A stretch of 11,057 bases of DNA, from contig JBHGNT010001198.1 in NCBI GenBank assembly GCA_043228905.1, forward strand, positions 1-11,057, read 5' to 3'. This document shows, in pieces, positions 7,023 to 11,057 of the stretch. A program made the translations under genes and the position numbers. This stretch comes from Azolla caroliniana (lineage: Eukaryota; Plantae; Polypodiophyta). How positions within the stretch are numbered: the stretch's first letter is position 1; each line of letters starts with the position of its first letter. The notes below the pieces were generated by a model. The model saw only the letters and a program-made list of their open reading frames with translations. It was not told the DNA's origin and made no database searches.

Positions 7023-8230
7023 TTGAAGCAATTTGGTGGAATGTAATTAATTCTAACAGGGATGTCAAATGTACAAGGTCTATGGTAGTTAATTATTTGT
7101 TGACATCTTGGCAAAGTATGTTGGATTTTGTGGAATGGCATCCTCCACAAGTCAGGGGATGTGCCAATTCATTACAAATGGAGGTTTTGGCAACATCAAG
7201 GTTGTTGAGGTGGGAAGGTAAACAAATTCTTAACCTTCAATTTAATTGGATGGCTAGATTGGATTTGGTAACAGTTAAGGATGTTATGTTGGTTTCACAA
7301 AGAAGATTAATGGCTTTTCGAACAATAAGATGAACATTTCGTATTCCAAAAGGTTATAACTTTATTTGGGATAAGTTGCAACAAATACTATCTTTGTATG
7401 AGCCAATTCCTGATTTAGATGGGCGATCTCAAGAGCTTGATTGGAGGTTTGTTGGAAATAAGAGATTGACTTTGATCTCAACGAATGTTGCTTATCACAA
7501 GTTGATTGACAAACATAAGTGGTTGGAAGAAAGGGTTATAAAGATATGGGGTTTTCATAGCCCATTACTTGGTGGTTTCATGTGATCAAGGCGGGTTGGT
7601 GTTCTCGATTGATGCTACGAGCCAAGGTATTTATTTAGAGAGTTATGGTTGGAGCTTTACCATTAGGGGATGCATTAAAAGAAGGAAGCATTACTGAAGG
7701 ATTATGTTTCTTTTGTTCGGTGGAATTGGAACATAGTAGGCATCGATTTATTTCATGCCCGATGGCAATGATGGTTTGGAGGTGTATTAGTTTAGTGTGG
7801 ATGTCTCTAACAGGAGTAAGTCTATCTTCCTTCAGTTGGATTTTTGCACATATGGAGAACAATGAACCGATGCCTCATTTTCAAATTATTTTTGAGTTCT
7901 TGAGGTATTGGGGGCTATGGTTCAATTGGAATATGCGGAATGCCTTCATTTTTTATTCGCAAGTTGGGGTGAGAAAATATGTTCTAAAGCTAAAAGGACT
8001 TCTTTTGTAGCAATTGACAATGCTAGAGAAGTCACGAAATCTCAACCAGGAAGAGAGAGAACTCTGCAAGGTCACATATCATCATACTCGCCATTTGAAT
8101 TGGTGTGTAGGGTGGCATTGAGTTTGGTGTCGTAGTATTCTTTAGATCCCTAGATAGAAGGGTTCTATACTTTGTAGTAAGTTAGTCATGGTGGTGTTTT
8201 TTTCTTTCGTAATAAAAGCCATTATTTACA
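7023..8230 (+). mobile_element. 5'-truncated L1-clade LINE (ORF2 C-terminus and 3' UTR)
   Basis: zf-RVT-type motif GALPLGDAL..CFFCSVELEHSRHRFISCPMAMMVW in ORF 7645..8010; the frame continues past a TAG to a stop near 8121; AATAAA at 8211-8216; flanked by AGAA(GA)n on both sides. Confidence 0.85.

Positions 8231-8265
<35 letters not shown>
8231..8265 (+). repeat. AGAA(GA)15G, right TSD copy and LTR microsatellite
   Basis: Read directly; a further GA tract lies at about 8322-8340. Confidence 0.85.
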
Positions 8266-8269
<4 letters not shown>

Positions 8270-8457
8270 GTTAGGATTAGTACTAGATATATAGAGAGGA
8301 GGGAAAAACTGTGATAAAATCAAGAGAGAGAGAGAGAGAGTATGGAAGAGAGAAATATGATAACAGTAAGTATATTATGTGAAGAGGAGTACAAGGATAG
8401 TTAAGGCTTACAACTAGCATTGAACTGAATTGGTTCTGAATAGTGTCATATGCCTCT

Positions 8458-8537
8458 ATTTATAGTTTATTAGTAGTATTCTTGAAGTTTCTATAATGTT
8501 CTAGAGTAATCTAGAATATACATGAATTTTTTGTAAT
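8458..8537 (-). promoter_or_regulatory. TATA box (8464-8458) and heat-shock-element array (8478-8537) of LTR A2
   Basis: TATAAAT on minus; triplets at 5-nt steps from 8479: TTC GAA TTC TAA TTC GAG ATC GAA TAC GAA TTT; perfect aTTCttGAAgtTTCt at 8478-8492. Confidence 0.75.
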
Positions 8538-8565
8538 GAAATAAATGAAAAAATCTTTTGTATTA

Positions 8566-8642
8566 CAATGAATAACCCAATGGTATAACCTTAACTTGTG
8601 TAATATAAGGTCATAGTTTCAATTCCTTTTGAGGCCATATCA
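8566..8642 (+). other. tRNA-like (A-box/B-box) relic at the U3 edge of LTR A2
   Basis: TAACCCAATGGTA (8573-8585), AGGTC (8608-8612) and ATAGT-TTCAATT-CCTTT T-arm-like segment (8613-8629). Confidence 0.6.
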
Positions 8643-8647
8643 TGACA

Positions 8648-10930
8648 CTACCCTCCTTATATACCTCAGCTCAAAGCAGAGTTTTAATGGCTAGAAATTA
8701 TGGCCCTCTTTTTACCATTTCATGGTCAGACAAGGTTGCTCTTTAGCTGTTTTCTTATTTATGTTCTTTGTTGAGGCAATGATTGCCTCTTTTTTTTACT
8801 ACTGATAGCATTGGTGTACGTGGATTACATATCCCATTCTTAAATGCAGAATTAAGGGAACCTGAATTTGCTAACGACACTACCTTACACTTATATTGTG
8901 ATTTCCATAACATATATAAAATTGAAATGGTCCACTCTACATTTTGTAAGGCTTCAGGTGCACTTTTTATTGGAATAAATCGATGGCATTTTGGGTTGGG
9001 GTGAAGACCATTATGGAATCTGCATCCACAATTTTGTTGGATCTCACAAAGAACCTCAATTCGATATTAGGGAGTAAAATAGGCATTGATTTATAAGTTG
9101 AGAATCAAATGGCACCTCTCGTAATGACATTCAAGAAAAAGTCGTTATGGAGTTTAGCCAAGTTGTCTTTCGCAGGCTGGATTATTGTAGCCAACCAAGT
9201 ATTATTGGCAACAACATGGTATGTTTGGCCTTGTTGGATCTTTTTCAAATCACGCTTTATTTGAAATTTCTTGTAGTCCAGAAAATTTGAGGCCCATGCT
9301 TCGTGTAAAGCTAAATGGGATATAATTAACTTACCTCCTTCCAAATGAGGATTAGGTAAATTATTGATCTAGTAGATCAAATCAGAGCATTGTTCGCAAA
9401 TTTGATTATTAGAGGATTTACTCCCAGTTAGGAGGCATAGAAAGTATTATTGTTTAATTATTGTTCTAAATGTTGTCCTCTCCTAGGTGAACCTTGTTCT
9501 AAAGGATGTAAGTTGGATATTTAGGGAAAATTTCAAGCAAACTCAATCAAGACCTTGCAAGATTTTTTATCATGCTCGTGGGAGGAACAAAAGCAAGTAC
9601 TAGCTACGATTCATGGAAGACAAATAATGTATTAGCAAATGCAGGAAGCTATACACAGAGTTGCCATTCTAACCACCGGTCCTCACCATTCCAACCACTA
9701 GCCAGGATTCATGGGTAGGGGTTTTTTCAAGACTGAATGTACTCTTGACCATAAAAGAGTATTTAGCGGATAAAATCTTTCGTCTTATTTATGTGGATAA
9801 TGCAAGTCAATTGTCTCCGTCGTAGGAGGTGGTTATCGATTATCTTTATGTTATGGAACAAAAAAGAAGGGTAATAGGATACGATGATCGTAAATGATAT
9901 ATTGAACAACCAATAGAGGACATAAAGTCACATTGGAAGTTGTGGGTGTTATCAAAGAAAGGGAAATGTTCGTAAAAGAACGGATGATCTTCATAAACCG
10001 ACGGACGAACTTGAGCTTTGATCGGTGGTGGTCGGGTGGATTGGCACCCTTCTTTCTCTCTCTCCTTTCTTTTCTATCTATCTATTATATCCTTATAATA
10101 TGCTTACATTAGGATCTAGCTCTAACAATTGGAAGTGGGTGTTGGATAAACAACCTTTGTTCAAATTGGCAGGGGACCTAGCTAACTATCATTGGACAGT
10201 CCCATTTAATGTTAAATACTTTAATTTTTCCGATATTTTGTGTAGTTGAAAAAACATATTTTGTTTGTATTTAATGTAGTTGAAAAAACATATTTTGTCT
10301 GGTGAACGAGATGTTTTCCCAAATGCATTTCAATACTAGAGTCAACACGGTATTACTCCAAAGTTTCTTGCTAAGTTATGGGTTAACCTATGGGATGGAA
10401 AACAACCACGGCAAATACTTCATTTGTAGTGGTTACTTGTGCATCAAGCCTTGCTTGTTAGCACAAGGCTGCATAAGATGGGCGCTTCCGCTCATTGTCA
10501 TTCGCAAGCTGAATCTCAAAAACATTGTCTGTAGGACTGTCTTGAGTCTCAATTGGTATGGAAACATCTCATAAGAATATTTGCCAACTACTTTCTCCCA
10601 TCGGTATTCACAAGGGGCATGGTGGTTTGGATATCACTTGTCCACTCTGTTTTTCACTATGATGGTAAGTCTATGGACCACGGTTTTAGCACTAATTCCC
10701 GATTAGTTTGTGCACTTCCTTTAGTGTCCATGCAATTTTTAGAAGGAGATGCAACCATTATGGGAGTTATTAAGCTTACAAGATATTTAATTAATAGACC
10801 CTTTGTCTCTAGTTGTGTTTGTTAATGATTCACATGGAATGTGCAGTTATTCTGATCCACAGATGGAGGTGATGCATTTGGTTACCCCAACAGCTAAGGG
10901 GATGCCACTAATGTGGACTTTGGGATTGGT
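8648..10930 (+). mobile_element. Old, decayed L1-clade LINE ORF2 (RT to zinc finger), interrupted at its left edge by A2
   Basis: RQGCSLAVFLF (from 8728), EFANDTTL (FADD relic, 8867-8878), IRY*GV, LSFAGWIIVANQVLLATTWY, KWDIINLPPSK*GLG, and ESQKHCL*DCLESQLVWKHL (about 10510-10570). The right boundary is uncertain. Confidence 0.85.
10241..10298 (+). repeat. Perfect 24-bp direct repeat with a 10-bp spacer
   Basis: TGTAGTTGAAAAAACATATTTTGT at 10241-10264 and 10275-10298. Confidence 0.9.
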
Positions 10931-10936
10931 GTGATT

Positions 10937-10995
10937 AATTGGAGAATACAAGAAGCTTATATACATGCCATTCAATTGGAGTATACAAGAAGCTT
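10937..10995 (+). repeat. 22-bp direct repeat (1 mismatch), 37-bp period
   Basis: AATTGGAG(A/T)ATACAAGAAGCTT at 10937-10958 and 10974-10995. Confidence 0.85.
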
Positions 10996-11057
10996 GTTAG
11001 AGCGAGATGCAAGTTTGCTGCAGATGATTCCCCTCATTCAACTTGCATTGCTGTCTT

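Larger units (their letters stand above)
3951..8647 (-). mobile_element. Ty3/gypsy element A2 (same family as A1), multiply deleted
   Basis: 5' LTR, PBS, gag-CCHC, PR, RT, RNase H and IN in gypsy order; no PPT or 3' LTR in the window; predicted TSD CTACC (8648-8652). Confidence 0.92.
6955..8647 (-). mobile_element. 5' LTR of A2, split by a LINE insertion (about 459 bp once the insert and one TSD copy are removed)
   Basis: TGTCAAAAATAGTAC (6955) and GCCATATCATGACA (8647) match the ends of LTR A1; 8350-8647 is colinear with about 1610-1903. Confidence 0.9.

Noticed and set aside
1448-8647. LTR A1 and LTR A2 as the paired LTRs of one element
   Set aside because: Each is followed by its own PBS and gag, they are visibly diverged, no PPT adjoins LTR A1 (it abuts RT codons), and the flanks give no TSD.
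10241-10995. Direct repeats as a CRISPR-like array
   Set aside because: Only two units each, 10-15 nt spacers, and a eukaryotic LINE context.

Overview
Eukaryotic (plant-type, by inference probably bryophyte) heterochromatin made almost entirely of nested, decayed retrotransposons; I see no host gene and no intact transposon ORF. Left to right: the PPT and 438-bp 3' LTR of a Copia-like element (+, 20-466) inserted into the gag of a Tf1/sushi/Tcn1-type Ty3/gypsy element A1 (-, 467-1903). A1 is inserted into the RT of an unrelated gypsy element B (-, 1904 to ~3615). An inverted integrase fragment follows (+, ~3618-3950), belonging to a second, heavily deleted family-A copy A2 (-, 3951-8647). 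The 5' LTR of A2 is split by a 5'-truncated L1-type LINE (+, 7023-8230), and A2 itself sits in the RT of an older L1-type LINE (+, 8648 to ~10930). The most interesting signal is the cis-architecture shared by the two diverged family-A LTRs: a tRNA-like A-box/B-box module at the U3 edge (antisense), an in-phase heat-shock-element array, a TATA box, and a predicted transcript 5' end (33 nt from TATA) complementary to the element's own PBS with compensatory changes between copies, i.e. tRNA-independent self-priming. The Copia-like LTR also carries a chain of hairpins including a three-way junction. All calls were read by eye; no database search or folding computation was run.
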